A DNA stretch of 64,000 nt from Octopus vulgaris (lineage: Eukaryota), in NCBI GenBank assembly GCA_951406725.2, contig OX597814.1:34596001-34660000 (forward strand), in the 5' to 3' direction. The notes beneath the pieces are model-generated. The model saw only the letters and a list, made by a program, of their open reading frames with translations, was not told the DNA's origin and did no database searches. Made by a program: the position numbers and the translations under genes. Shown in pieces: positions 22,896 to 37,445 of this stretch. Each line of letters opens with the position of its first letter. The stretch's first letter is position 1.

Positions 22896-25212
22896 GTTGA
22901 AAAAGTCTCTAAAAGTGAAAATTAGAATATGGAGTTACTGGTGATAATTACCTTAAATCTAGCTTTATTTTTCGAATTTTAGATTGCTTGATTATTTTAC
23001 GATAAATGATGACTTGCTAATTACTGAGTCGCAGTGTGGTTGGAGTGGTAGAGTCAGAGTACAGGGGAAAATACTTTGCAGTATTTGGTTAAGAAATTTC
23101 ACATTGTGAGGACAAATCGCGCAAGTGTTAATTTTTGTTTTACTCTTTTCTGGTTCGACAAAATATGAACTAATGAAATACCAGGATCTTTGTGATCGAT
23201 TATATCCTCCCCTCCCATAAATTGTGACCTTGTTCTTCAGTTAAAATTCCATATTTCTGCGTCCACATTTTTCTTTTTCACAGGTTGATTAAACAGGTAT
23301 CAGTAGTAGAAGCTATCGATTCAGCTAAAATAATATCTTTGATAACGAAGGCCATAAATACTCATTCTTACATTCACTGCAACCTAAAACAGGGCATTTC
23401 AGATGATTTGTATGAAATAATTTCTCCTGATTTAGTTGCCAATTGCTACTGAATTTGCATATGTTACTAATGACTTCAAAAGAAGTACAAACATCGTAAC
23501 CTCTTATTTGCCATCTGATACTTCATAACTACTTGCGACATTATTTCATTTTATTATTTTACTCTGTTATCAGTCATCAGACAGCGATTATATTAGGGCA
23601 CCGCCTTTAAAGGGTTTCTAGCTGAATATATCGATTCCAGTACTTTAGTACTTTTCATCGTTCTCGTGAGATGCAAAATGCTAAGTGGACTTTATTGCCA
23701 AGGGAAATTATTAATACAAACTTTGTCTTTCGTCCTTCCGGGGTTTATAAAATTAAGTATAGTCAAATAGTGGGGTCGATTTCATCACCTATGGGCCTTG
23801 TGTGTATGTTAGAAATTGCTATTATATTTTTTCTGTATTTTGTGGTCAATAAAGGATGTTTTCTTTTTATTTTTATAGTTACTATAGAATTTCACACTGT
23901 GGCCAATGTTGTATAATTTGAAACATTAGTCTATACACATTTAGGGTCAATTCCTTATAATTCAGTTTTCTGTAGGAATATATAAAGAACGGCAAGCTAC
24001 TGGGAGATATGACAGAGATTTCAGTTAAATATATGTTGCGGCATTTAGTTTTTCTCTACTACATTATTTTCTGGAGTAATCGATAAAAGTATGGGAGAAA
24101 TTTGCTAAGTTTGTTGCGGTTTACTTTAACACCTCCTCTTCAAAACATTGACTTTATACTCCCTCAAAATGGATTATGATATAGAAACAGTGAGACGGCA
24201 ATGAATCGATTGCATTGGATAGTAGGCATTGTAGTATTTGTAGTATTTATTCCGACTTTCTGCGTTCTGATTTCAAGTCGTGCCGAAGTCAAATATCCCT
24301 TTCACCATTTTGGATAAAAAAAAAAAGCAAATACAGTGCAGGGCAGTGGATCAACGGTACTCTTAAGGGCGTTATATAGAATTCATTGCGTCATCTGTTC
24401 CGGCTCTTTGTGTTCTGACGTCAGTCCTCACGATGATACTGGTATTAAAGTGTATCAGCCCGAAGGCGGCAGATTTTCCCTCAGACAACAAAGTGTGGAA
24501 GAGGGAGACGTGAACGTATGAGCAACTGCTTGTCTTCTACACACTACCAAAAAGAAAAATAAGTCCTTTATCAGGCCTCTGCACACATGTGCTAATACAT
24601 ATCGAGCCCTGACAGAGGCCCTAGAGACATTGGAAATCAATTGAACAAAAGATTGATGTTGTGATTATGCATTTACATGTACAAAACATTTTCTTTTTCA
24701 AACAATGTTTGACCGACATTGTAAACACATATTTTGCTGACTTCAAAACGTCAGAAAGGAATGTAAAATATGTGTAATATATTGCAATGTCAATAAGAAT
24801 CTAGGGGTCCAAGATCACATATTTGTAGGTCTTATAGAATTTTAATTCGTGTAGATAAGTAATAAGAGCAGACGATATCAAACTATATTCTGGATTAGTA
24901 GCTGTGCGATTGCAGCACATGATAGAACATAAAATAATTGGAACGAAGACATTTGATCAGGACTTAAGAAAGAAAGGAAAAAAAAAATCAAGAAAATTCA
25001 CGAATGATGACAAAATCAGTTTGCAGAAGGGATTTTATATTGCCGTCTTATCAGATTCCAGTAGCGAAACCATCAAGTAAAATAAACAAACACAAACGCA
25101 TAAATGTAAGTAATGATGAATGAATGGGGAAAAGCAAATCTACTTATTTCAGGCCAGGAGATAAATGTGTTGACTTTACGAAAGTGTGCGATCTTCTGTT
25201 CTTTTGAAGATA

Positions 25213-25438
25213 TCCACCACCACCACGACTACCACCACGACCACCACCGCCACCACGACCACAACCACGACGACGACGACGACCACCACCACGACCACCA
25301 CGACCACGACCACGACCCCCCCCACTACCACCAGCACCACCACCAGCACCACCACCAGCACCACCACGACCACCATCACCACGACCACGACGACGACGAC
25401 CACCACCACCACTAGCACCACGACGACCACCACTACCA
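25213..25438. repeat. (CAC/GAC)n trinucleotide repeat
   Basis: Seen directly; source of the poly-H, poly-T and poly-V ORFs. Confidence 0.95.
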
Positions 25439-26004
25439 TTTATTTATTTATTTACTTGTATATTCATTTATTTTAAGATTCTTTCTGTTCGCTAGTTTAT
25501 TTGTGTATTGCCTTTTTGAGCATCTTGAATTCCTCATTACTATCTCGTATTCCTACTGCTGCCACCGTATTATTTCTTTGCATTTCACGTTTGCTTGTGT
25601 ATTGTTTCACCTTGTGTTTTAACTATATCGATCATATTCTGCGCTATCGATCATTTATGCTTGAAGTAAGACCCTTACAGAGAAGTTAATTGCTATACTT
25701 TGGCGTATTTTCCAATGTTTTCAGCTGTTTACAGTTGATGATTAACGATGGACGCAGCATCACTTACGATTGAGATTGATTTAACGATTAACAGAACAAG
25801 ATGCAAATCATTTATTATCTTTGCGTTACAGTTGTTGTTTTGTTCAGTTTGATTCTAATGAAGGCGTTAATTCATTTTATAAAGTGTTGTACAGGTTCAT
25901 GCGAGGGTTTTGTCGATAAATCTGTTCTGAAACAATAAATAAAACATAATAAACTAAACAGATGAAATTAACATATTTTTCAATGTACTCTGCTAAAAGA
26001 GTAA

Positions 26005-26008
26005 TAAT

Positions 26009-26050
<42 letters not shown>

Positions 26051-26123
26051 AAGAGAAAGAGAGAGAGAGTGTGTGTGTGAGAGAGTGGGCCTGGGTCAGA
26101 GAGAAATAATAAAAGAGGAAGAA

Positions 26124-26170
<47 letters not shown>

Positions 26171-26330
26171 GTGTGTGTAAGAGAGTGGGCATGGGTTAGA
26201 GAGAAATAATAAAAGAGGAAGAGCGAAAAATACAGGACAGGAAAAAAGAGATAGAGAGAAAGGTATATGTATAGAAAGAATTAGTGTGAGGAAAAGGATG
26301 AGGTATGAGAAAGATGAGTGTGAGAGAAAT
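26005..26330. repeat. (GA)n-rich region with ~100-bp tandem duplication
   Basis: gagagtgggc.tgggt.agagagaaataataaaagaggaaga occurs at about 26081 and 26181. Confidence 0.85.
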
Positions 26331-27849
26331 CAATAACTCATTTGGTTACTTCGAAGCTTTGAAAAAGTTGAATATATTTGAAGCAAATATTCCGATGCAA
26401 ATATTCAACGTTGACTTCAATACTTCATATTTACAAACACACTCAGGTCTCAGTATATTTAATTTTAACAATAGTATTCAATGACAAATAAATATAAACG
26501 TGTATATCACTCATATTCGCTCCAGCGCGTTTAGTGAAAGTATTTGCTTTTATCATTGAGTAGTTTTATGTAAACTTACAGACAATCTAAACTTAGTTGA
26601 TTAAAATCTCCGGCTTGTAGCAAAGTCGATACGATGGAGTCAATGCAGTTAGAAACTAAAATTGAGACACCCTAAAGCATTTGTCCCGAAAAACTGGACT
26701 AATTAACTATTTAAATGATTTATATACTAAAGTGAACGTTTGATTCGTCTTTATCAGCAAAACGAGTCAAGTAGCAATTATTTAGTGCAACTGTAAATAG
26801 GTGATTAGGTCGGTTGAGATTTGTAAAATATTTGAAAGTATTAATGATGTAATTAAAAGCAACAAATATAATTGTAAAAAAAAACTAGGTGAAAAACAGA
26901 TCCATCACCCATTAGGGAATTTTGTTTTCTTAAGAGTTGCTATAAACTTGGAGTAAAGCTAATTTTCCGGCCAACTATAACCGCAACACAGTTTCTATTC
27001 ATATTTACTTCGCTACATTTACGTTGTTAGTGTACTTGAGAAAGATAGCCATGAAAATTATAACTCCATGAATTTTCTTATATATATTATATGTGGAACA
27101 CTGTACTATGTCGGAAAATAAATAAATAGAATAAAATCTTTAGGTAAACGATCGGTTTGGAATTAACTATTTAAAATGCTGCTGAATGCAAAAATCCTAT
27201 ATTTCAACATTTTTTCCCGGTTAAAACAGATCAAACAGACGGTCACCATTTATCAATAAACTGTTCTTTCAGAAGAGCTGCTAAAGATATGCTAGCCTTG
27301 CCTTTATTGATCCATTTCATTTATAATGGAAGGAGAGTTTTTGCATTGCGTGCTGTGACCAAGAATATACAGACGTCTCAGCACTATTGCATGCCAAGTA
27401 TTATCTGTTTACTAATCAATTGACTAGTTTTTATAAGTACATATCATCAGAATTACTTGTAAAAGGAAGATAAAAAAAAATTGAATTTCATGGCTCATGC
27501 CTGACACAAAGACATTAACAAATTCAAAGAAATTTAATATAACCGTTTTCAGTATTTTCTGTTCGATACAACATTTTCATTCCTTTTTAGAACCATTTTA
27601 ACTTCATCACAAAACATTATTTTTCATTAAAATATCCAATTTCTGGGGAAATCAGATTTAGATAAATGTCTTTAAAACACGGAATGAAATAAAATAGTTT
27701 ATGTTATACCGAGAAAATGTTATAATTATACGGTGACGCGGTCAATGGTAATTACCGATGGGTGAGCTGCGGTGGACGACAACCATAAATTAGAAGAAAG
27801 TTCTCGGAATGAGTTGTCTTACGATTCGGTTTCGGTTGTAATTATTTTA

Positions 27850-28700
27850 CTTGAATTGAGTCACGAATATCTTTAGGAAGGTGTGAATAGCACCCTTCTT
27901 ATATCTTCACTTCTGTGAGTTCTACACTCGTATTGCTTACTGGTGGATACTACTGTTGTCTTATCTCTAAAATAGCAACCGTTTCTATTCTCTCAACAAG
28001 CAAACTATCGTTTCACTTCCAGCATCTTAAAGATGATAAACAGTTGTTAATAATCATTTTCTTTATTGCTTTTAGCTTCTCGGCTGTCTGGGTGAGCACC
28101 ATAATGTCTCCCGGAGAGCAATATTAATTGTAAGCTTGTCCTTTTACAGTACTCATTAGGAGTCCATCATCCTTGTGTACTTCAGCGAAAACAATCGTGT
28201 TTCACTTGATATTACCAAAGTGTTCGGTCATATTCTGAATGAGAATCTCTCAGATAAGTTGACCTTATGGCTTTCACCTACTTAGATCGGAATGTTCATT
28301 TAGACTGCCCAATTGTAGCCCGAGCTAACGTGTTTCTTTATGATCAACATTCTTTATGATAATGTTTCTCACACTGTTCTATTGTGTATTAATGGCATAT
28401 TTGCTGAGGATTTTAAGAAGACAAACTTCTATGCAGCTGACACCACTCTCACAACACCTTCCTTAACCTTATGCACACAGGCGTCATGCATATGTATCCT
28501 AGACACCCTCTGTTAGTAATACATTGTTTACTAAGAATACTTCAACCTTGATCATTTGCTAACCTCCAGCAATGCTCAAATAAACCTATACTAAAATACT
28601 GGTCAAATATCTACGATAGCATTGTTACTGCATACATAACCGTTTCGGAACTAATTCGACAAATTGGCTAAGATTCAATTCTCATTTTTACAAGCAGCTT
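27850..28700 (+). mobile_element. Highly decayed CR1/Jockey-like LINE RT fragment
   Basis: SLDITKVFGHILNENLSDKL at about 28200 (cf. ALDISKAFDRVWH..LL.KL) and FYAADTTL at about 28430 (cf. YADDTTL). Confidence 0.6.
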
Positions 28701-29391
28701 ATCTACTCGCTGTTTTTTTTCTGTCTAACTATTCGACTGAAACAATAACGACCGCTAATTTTCTTAACTAGCTAGCTGTGTAATATCATCACTCAGACCC
28801 ACTAGTTCCACCCATCTCTCTCGTGCCTTGCAGTAGCAGTTTTTAGTAAGTACATAGTGAACAAGCAAGAAAGAATGTATACGTCATGTGTGACTAGAAT
28901 AATTGTCAGAGTATTAGTGGGTTCATCTTTCATGTGTGCACAGAAACTTTTAGATTCGTGGCTTGTTCTAGATAAAGGACTTTTTTCAGTTTTATAATAT
29001 ATTACTTTAGGTTTGATTTTGTCGGTTGTGTTTTCATTCATTGAGTCTTACAGTCTTACAAGCAGAGTGCATTTCGTTTATGTAATACAATTTATGAGTG
29101 ATTTGTATAATTGTACTAGAGGATTGTGACTGTTCTATGTACTCCTTTTGAATTTGCTTCCGTAATGTTTTACAATTCAGGCAGCTTCTTTGTATTAGCA
29201 TTATTGACTAGTGTTTGTTTTATTCAATAGGTTTCTTATTGTAGATCACCATTCGTAAAATAGGATCTAAATACTATTCTCTGTATGGGTTCATAACTGT
29301 GTAAGCATTCACTCTCCTCATGTATCTATAGGTAATTTTAGTAGCTTTATCATAAGCACGCGCAATATATGTATACACACACATGTATATA

Positions 29392-29466
<75 letters not shown>

Positions 29467-29494
29467 GTATATATATATGTATATATATATACAT

Positions 29495-29898
29495 CAGGGA
29501 CGTGCCGCCTAGGTGGGCAAGGTAGCTAGTGCCTACCTTGAATAAAATAGATCATTAGCAACATTTTCCTTTTATGGTAAAATGTGGACCTAATTCACTA
29601 AAGTGATGTAAGTTACTCTGTTTACTAAGCATTAAATGCAAAATATATTAATTTTTTGTAGATTAGGTAGGCATAATTCGCTCCTGCCTTTCAATATCAA
29701 TATTTAATCTACGCATATTACTGCTGTAATACACGTGCTGCGTACACTCCTACAACACTGTTTTCTTTACGTGTTATAAAGGCTGAAGTAAGTCTGTTTC
29801 ACTCAGTCGTGCGCCTGTGATTCGCTTGTTTTTTGTATGTGTTTTGCTGCATAAAGGTCACCAACTGCCTACCCTGAGTATTTACTGACGGCACGTTC

Positions 29899-29901
<3 letters not shown>
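29495..29901. mobile_element. Non-autonomous hAT-like MITE (407 bp) in a (TA)n array
   Basis: TIRs cagggacgtgccg / cggcacgttcctg (12/13). 8-bp flanks atatacat / atatatat. Internal tgcctacc motif present three times. Confidence 0.8.
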
Positions 29902-29955
<54 letters not shown>

Positions 29956-29956
29956 T

Positions 29957-29995
<39 letters not shown>

Positions 29996-30594
29996 TGCAT
30001 GCGTGCAAAATACATATACGCACACCAACATGCATACACACCTGTACATACACAGTCTCACATAGTGTTTGATCTTCATATTTGCATCTATAAAATGAAG
30101 ATTCGCATAAACTATTGGGGATATCAATGTAGGGGATAATTTTCTTCCAAGTCTACTATTAACCTTTCGACCTATTCTGGTGTGTCCACTACGCCAAATG
30201 TATCCTGAATATACTGAGCATAAATTGTATGTTTATGCTTTGGTGGATAATATTTTCTATGCTGGTCATCTTGTCTGCTGTGAAATGTGGGCTTCAAAGT
30301 AGAAGGTTTAGGCACTCCATCTTTTTAATTATAATCATTTCCCTGTGAACAAAGAAACATTATGTCACTTGTACATGAGAACAGTTGTCGCCTCATGATG
30401 TTTACTGGTAAAGACGATAGTTTTACTCGTAGATAGATCTATTCGTTGTCTATTCATTCAGATATTTCTATTTCTAAAACATTGATAACAAGGATGTCTA
30501 TGCGTAAGGTACAGATGGTGCCACGTAACCTGCTTTGAAAATGTGTAGAAATGATCAAATGGTTTTATCATTTAACACCAGCTCAACCCTAAAC

Positions 30595-30663
30595 GAACAG
30601 ACCCTACTCGAGCAGATCCTACTCGAGCAGATCCTACTCGAGCAGATCCTACTCGAGCAGACC
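30595..30663. repeat. 15-bp minisatellite (agcagatcctactcg) x ~4 inside a dispersed repeat
   Basis: Head-to-tail units with no spacers. Host repeat has relatives at about 12420-12630 and 58590-58670. Confidence 0.9.
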
Positions 30664-31788
30664 CATCATCAAAGGCATTCATACCGCGATATTTCGTCTT
30701 TGTAGGTGTAATTAGGAAGATATTATATGTACGTTTCCATTATTCCAAGGCCTTCAGATGTGATTTTGGAAGATTTCTGATAGGTAGAGAAGCTACATAG
30801 AAGAACCATCGTAAGCTCGTCGAATATATAGTATATATGTCCTTTTAAATATTTTCGTCATTATGTACTCTGTAAAAAAATAAGAAAAGATAAGGTATGA
30901 TTTTTAAAAAATGGCTAATAGTGCTGGCATGTTGATGGGGACAATATAGTTGTTCCCTCTTTGGTTTGCATTAATTACATATCTTTCATTCGGCTTAGCA
31001 CTTCACATCAACAGCAAAGGGTTTTAAAGCTAATGGAAAACTCATACTTTTCCTAGGTTATTAATGTCATACGTAAATTGAAAAGGCTTCTAATAGGAGT
31101 GAGGCTAATGCTTACCTCAAATCAATAACACTCGCTACTGTTAAATAATAAATCTATTAACAGGAAATATCAAAAAGCGATTCAAATATATAAATTCCAT
31201 TGAAATCACCTCAAAGAAATCATCGATATTTTAACATCAAAATATTAGAAAAATAATCGATTGACCTATTTTTCTATACGAACACAAAAGACTTGCAAAA
31301 TATCCGGTGTATTTGAGTAATATTTGCTTATATTAACAAAGCATAATGTATAAGTTTAATTGAAACAATTTCAATGAAACAAGCTCGAACAATTAGGCCT
31401 TAGTAAATTCCAGTAACAGCAAGATTTCTCAATACCTTACTGATATACAAGTTTCGTCATCGGACTGCGCCATGCTGGAGCACCTTTTCCAAAGGAGTAT
31501 CCAAACATATCGATTCCCAGTATTTAATTCAGTTTAGTGCTTAATTTAATGAGTTTAGTATTTTTGAATCGCTAAGTTACAAGACATAAAAGGATTTCAA
31601 CATAAATTAGATTTTAGAGGGTAAGCATGGTTATAGACTCGGATACACACTCATACGAATAGGCACACAGACACAAATACCTATCAATGACCTTTGACGT
31701 CTGTAATAAATTGCCTGAGTCTTTGCACATGGAAAGTTCCTCGTCTAAGTACAGGTCAGGATATATATAATTAGAAGTATAGCAGCGG

Positions 31789-31839
<51 letters not shown>

Positions 31840-32061
31840 AGTTAAGTTAACTATATATATGTATATTGTTATATTGAAATACAGTAGTAGCTATTATATA
31901 TACATAGTTATACTGAAATATATTCGCATGCATACACGTGCAAATATATATGCACAAGAAAGCAAATGCCATTTTTCATTATACTTTTTTATGGCAATTT
32001 ACAACGCTCTTTTGATGTTAGTTATACTTTAAACACAGGAAAGTGCACGAAACATTGTGCT

Positions 32062-32315
<254 letters not shown>

Positions 32316-33099
32316 ATAAGTTGGCAGTCTGCTCTAAGGTTTACTCTGTTCGTGTATGTTTAAGGCAGTCGGGAAGAGCACAGCCTAGGGCAAAATGCAT
32401 AGTAGAATGCCAGCTTTTGATATGATAGACATATCCATGGACCTTATCCAAAGTATAGAGTAAAAAATTTATTATTTATTTTACAACTTACCCCCACGCC
32501 AATGCACACGCTATTAATATATGTGTGTATACATACTAAATACTTACACACAAACACACGCATACACATACACGTATATATATGAGTGTGTGTATAGTAT
32601 ATACTTACAAACACACATACACACACGTATATATGTGTGTGTATATAATATATACTTACACACACACACGCATATGTATGAGAGAGTGAAATGGAGAAAG
32701 AAAGGTGTGTGGAGGTGTATCTGTGTATTCATGTGTGTACAGATATGCTGGCGACACGTTGATTCCGAAAGATAAGGAGTCACACAAAGACACATACACT
32801 TGCACGCCTGCGTGCGCACACACTCACACTTACATACTAACACACACACACACGCACGCACGCCTACGCATACAGTCAGAAACATATATTTGCACATATA
32901 TACACAGAAAAAAATGACATGACTTTGAAATCTCGCTAGTCGTTGGTCTCGTCAGATAGTGTGATGAAACATTTGAATGGCGAGACTTTGACGACTCTGT
33001 CAAAGTTGCCCTTGTAAAGAAAACTTATCCAAAGCAAAACTAACAAAGAAAAACCAAAAAATCATCTGTGACATAAATGCATTTTGTGATCCTTCAGTA

Positions 33100-33850
33100 A
33101 ATAATTGACTGTTTTGTTTATAACAATACATACATGAGACACTGACGCTCTTGTAATCCCAAGGTGCAACCGCATGTATAGGCTATGTCATGTTTCTGTG
33201 GAAGACATCACGCATGTGATCAGCAGCTCTCCTAAAATGTCATAATGGTACTACCTCCCTATGCGGCACGATGTTGTCGCTAAAACAGTTTACAATGCCG
33301 TCCACAAAAAAGACTGTCCAGAAATAAACTTAGACAATCCCTCTGTTATGGAATAAATTCATAAATACCAACTCAAGGAATACTGGTGGAATATTCTCAT
33401 CAACACTTCTATCAAATGTAAACATAACAGGCCAGATATTGTTGTTTGGGACTGAGAGGTAAAGATATGTATCGTCATAGAGGTCAGCTGTCCTGCAGAT
33501 ATAAATATCTCTTTGAAAATCAAAGAAAAAGAGGATGCCTATGGACAACTGCTTCGAAACCTCCAGCTTCTATATTCAGACTATAAATTCATATTCACAC
33601 TAATAATTGGAACACTAGGTTTTGTTAGTAAATGCTCAAAGGAGAATCCGGATAAAGTGGGATTTTCAGAAAGAGAAATCGATCGGCTGTTTTGCGCATT
33701 AAGTGTGTAATCTGTGAGCGGGACAATAAAAATATGCAAGACTTTTCTTAGATTCCGAATATATATTTGTCTATCTTAACTACGTCCCAAACATTGAACC
33801 CTGTATCTTTGCTGGAAACCGGCTCCCTCCTCAGTGGATGATTTATAATA
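33100..33850 (+). mobile_element. R4/Dong-like LINE 3' fragment
   Basis: EDITHVISS, YYLPMRHDVVAKTVY, KCKHNRPDIVVWD, IEVSCPAD and KEKEDAYGQL give the PD..E..K restriction-like endonuclease. Confidence 0.88.
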
Positions 33851-34461
33851 ATTAAAATATAGAAGAGACATACGTACATACGTGCATGTATTTCTATGTA
33901 GTGTTTGTATATAAATACATTCACCTACATTTATGGATAGAGACAGAGAGAGATTGTAAGAAAGATTGTGTGTAAGTGAGAGGGAGAGAGAGAGAAAGGG
34001 AGAGAGAAGGAGAGAGAGAAAGAGAGAGAAATAGAGAAAGAGAGAGAATGAAAGATTGAAGTACTGATAAAGATAAATATCTATAGAAAAGTATCGATTC
34101 ATATATAACTGCATATATTGCATTTATATACCCACGTACGCACGTACATAGGAATATGTGCGCACGCATGTGTGCACTCTTGCATGTCTATAGAAAACAA
34201 GATTACAAACTCATAACTAAAGATTTCGGACAACCAATCTTATTTGTTTGACTTAACTTAGTAGATTGCATAAACCAGTTCGGTATGGATCTGTAATCCT
34301 TTTTAGAATGATTTGACATATTTCATATTTGTACGTTAAAAGGAACGAAACCAAAAAAAAAAAAAACGTGGCTGTGTTTGTGTATGTAAGGGTAAGTGTG
34401 TGCATGTGTATGTGTATTTTATATTTATGATTATAACACCTCTTTTATATCTCTTTTCCAG

Positions 34462-34520
34462 GTGAACGATTACTTGAAGGAGAGGCCGCAGAAGCTGTTA
34501 AACTCGACAATCAATGTTAA
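34462..34520 (+). other. Candidate terminal coding exon, unverified
   Basis: Strong acceptor tcttttatatctcttttccag|G. Phase-1 reading is xERLLEGEAAEAVKLDNQC*; the phase-0 alternative is VNDYLKERPQKLLNS...RR*. No partner exons found. Confidence 0.3.
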
Positions 34521-34754
34521 TATTACTTCTGTGTATGCTCTAAATTCAAGAAGATGAAAAAAAGAATTGAGTTATAGTTGCCGGATATACAAACTTTATC
34601 AGTTAAAAGAAAGAAATGGATTCTTCGCTTTTTTCCTCCCCCATTTATTGCCAAACTGATGAAAATAACGTCGAGGCTGTGACAAACAAACTGAAATCAA
34701 CGATCGATCGATAAAGATAATCATATGGAGGTATTCAACGAGTGATACTTAGGG

Positions 34755-34823
<69 letters not shown>

Positions 34824-34828
<5 letters not shown>

Positions 34829-34965
34829 AGGCACTGCACACATCCTACGCAGAACACTTTCCATACAATAACCATCAGAGCATCACAACAAATCACAGCA
34901 CATACCCAAGGCACACAGAGCTGCGCTCGGTAGTGAAGTGAAAGCACGCTATAAAAATAAAACTA

Positions 34966-34968
<3 letters not shown>
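34824..34968 (+). mobile_element. Severely 5'-truncated Dong/R4-like element inside (TAA)n
   Basis: Starts with the C-terminal peptide ILGTAHILRRTLSIQ*, then about 100 bp of 3' UTR. (TAA)n lies on both sides. Confidence 0.8.
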
Positions 34969-35032
<64 letters not shown>

Positions 35033-35035
35033 GTA

Positions 35036-35066
<31 letters not shown>

Positions 35067-35487
35067 TTCCTAGAAGGGCAATTGATGAGAGGATATTACA
35101 GGGACATATGAAATGTTTGTGTGTGTGTGTGTGTGTGTGTGTTCATGTTTGTGCGAGTATCTGGAAAATTACAATGAAATCGAATGAAATGACATGAAAA
35201 GTGGATATGAAAGTCCTAACGGAAAGACTGCCACTTTGGACCCAAAAAGTGCAGCCCTGCAGATTGAGGTTTATCTCGACTGCCAAAAATAATTGTTCTC
35301 TCTAAGCTGTATTCTCCGACCTACAGGCAGTTTCAGAACTGGGCTGTATTTTCCACTCTGACTCATCTTTCAACAAACTTATTAGAGGGCAGCAATCTTC
35401 CATTCTACCCTCACCTATTCTAATTGGAAATTGAGACAGTCCATGTCAACTCAGCATTAGAAAGAAATTGTTACATCTCCGATATCT

Positions 35488-35573
<86 letters not shown>

Positions 35574-36639
35574 CTAAAGAAATATTTAAAAAAAATATTA
35601 TAGAATTTTAATTTTACAAATTTCAGGTATTGATGTCTTCCTTTTAATTTAATTTGGTTCTATATATGCTTTCGTTTCTGTTTAGAATTTTCCATATTTG
35701 TCGAGTTGACAGAAACTATAGCGTACCAGATTAAATGCCTTAAGCCATTTAATCTTATTCTATTACACTCTGTGTAAATCTCTCGCAGAGGTTGATATTT
35801 CTTTTTATCTCTTCCGGGTCGATAAGTTAAGTACCAGTAAAATATTGCGGTCGATTCAGTCGGCTTTATATTTCTCGTATACAGATTTTGTTGCCGTGCC
35901 TCAGCATAAGTAATCGAATATTAGTCCATATTGCATTAGAGTGGAAGAGTAATTATCTCGGCAATTGAAAGATATTTCGCTTTTTCTTAAAACACTAATG
36001 TCATTACAAAGGTATGAGTGCCACAACAGTTTAGTTCTTTTCACCCATAAAGCTGGGCTTTGTGCGTAATTAAAAGCAAGCCCTTCAATGTGAATCCATA
36101 TATTCTATCCTAAACGCTGTGATCTATGTTAAGCTCGTGGTAGGCCAAGTAAGCCCGCATCGAGTTTTGACTCGTGGTTGTAGCTACGACACTTAACATT
36201 GCTAAATGTTCTTGAAAAAGGGATAAACGTCACACAAGTCTCATTTACTTATCTATACACATCTGGGGCCACGTGCCGAAGAAAACTAAATAAACAATAA
36301 TTTGCCGTACATTTCAAACTAATAAACATTCTTTTATGATTTTTCAATTCTGATTTTCCATATTTATTTCTTTTTCTTGTTAATGTTGTTACTCACTCGA
36401 CAAAATAATCCTCGCCAAAAACAATAAAATCAAAGACACATATAATAAGATTCTTGATTCATATTTTCATATAATTAGTCGAATTTCCATTCCAGTTGTA
36501 TTGATTAAGCATATACTTCACTTTCAAATTATTTCTTGTTGATACATTCCCTCAGCACTTGAATAAACTTTCGTCCAATATCACTGTTTATTGTTTCAGA
36601 TATACTTGTTGTTGTTATTATTATGAAATAAATATAATG

Positions 36640-37055
36640 CAGTGAGTTGGCAAAATCGTTAGAGCGTAGGAAAATAGGCTTTATGGTATTTATTCCGGTT
36701 CTTTAAATTCAAATTTCAAACCGGCCGGGGTCAACGTTACATTTCGTACCATAGAGTACCATTCAATTACTAGGTCAATTTAATCGACTAACTCCTTCCC
36801 TCAAAATTGCTGACCTCGGGTAAGTAGAAAAAGAATAACAAAATTAAATAAAGAAATAAGGCATCGGGAAAAAAATATTTTGTAGAAATTCATACGGCTC
36901 TTCACACTCTGAATTCTAATGCCACCGCGGTCAGCTTTGTTTTTTTTTTATTTCTCAAGGGTTGATAAAATATGATACCAGTTGTGTCGATACTTTCAAC
37001 AAATTCCTGTTCTCTCAGAATTGCTGACCTTGTGCCTGAATTAGAAATAATTTTT
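36640..37055 (+). mobile_element. Two decayed Meta-like SINE copies in tandem
   Basis: gagttggcaaaatcgttag head; aattgctgacct tail seen twice. Confidence 0.65.
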
Positions 37056-37224
37056 CTAAAAGAAAACATAACTATTACTACGATTTCTTTTACTGCTGTT
37101 GTTGTTCTTGCTGCCCCAATAAAAAGGCATGATCAAAACTATAATTGCATGCGCCTAAGGCGAACAGAGCTGCATATGGCAGTCCAGTACAAAACATGGT
37201 ACAGAACAAGACTACTGATTAATA

Positions 37225-37445
37225 ATCGTTTCTGCTATAGGCACAAGGCCTGAAATTTGTTTGGAGTGGGGCCTAGACGATTATACCGATTCTTCGGCAT
37301 AACTGGTGCTTATTTTATCGACTCCGAAAGGATAAAATGCAAAGTCGATCACGGCAGAATTTGAATTCCGAATGTAGAGAACCAGAAGAAATACCGCTGA
37401 GCATTTTGCTTGGTGTGCTTACGATTCTGCCAGCTCGCCGCCTTC
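37225..37445 (-). mobile_element. Meta-like SINE with 13-bp TSD
   Basis: Same family as 12831. TSD ctactgattaata at 37212-37224 and 37446-37458. Confidence 0.9.

Noticed and set aside
25113-25476. His-rich or Thr-rich (mucin-like) protein
   Set aside because: A pure trinucleotide repeat open in several frames on both strands, with no convincing splice sites or flanking coding sequence.
30595-30663. CRISPR-like array
   Set aside because: 15-bp units are directly adjacent with no spacers, there are no cas genes and the context is eukaryotic.
30800-30895. Strong minus-strand acceptor (cttttcttatttttttacag)
   Set aside because: No good donor or meaningful ORF follows; it runs into a dispersed repeat.
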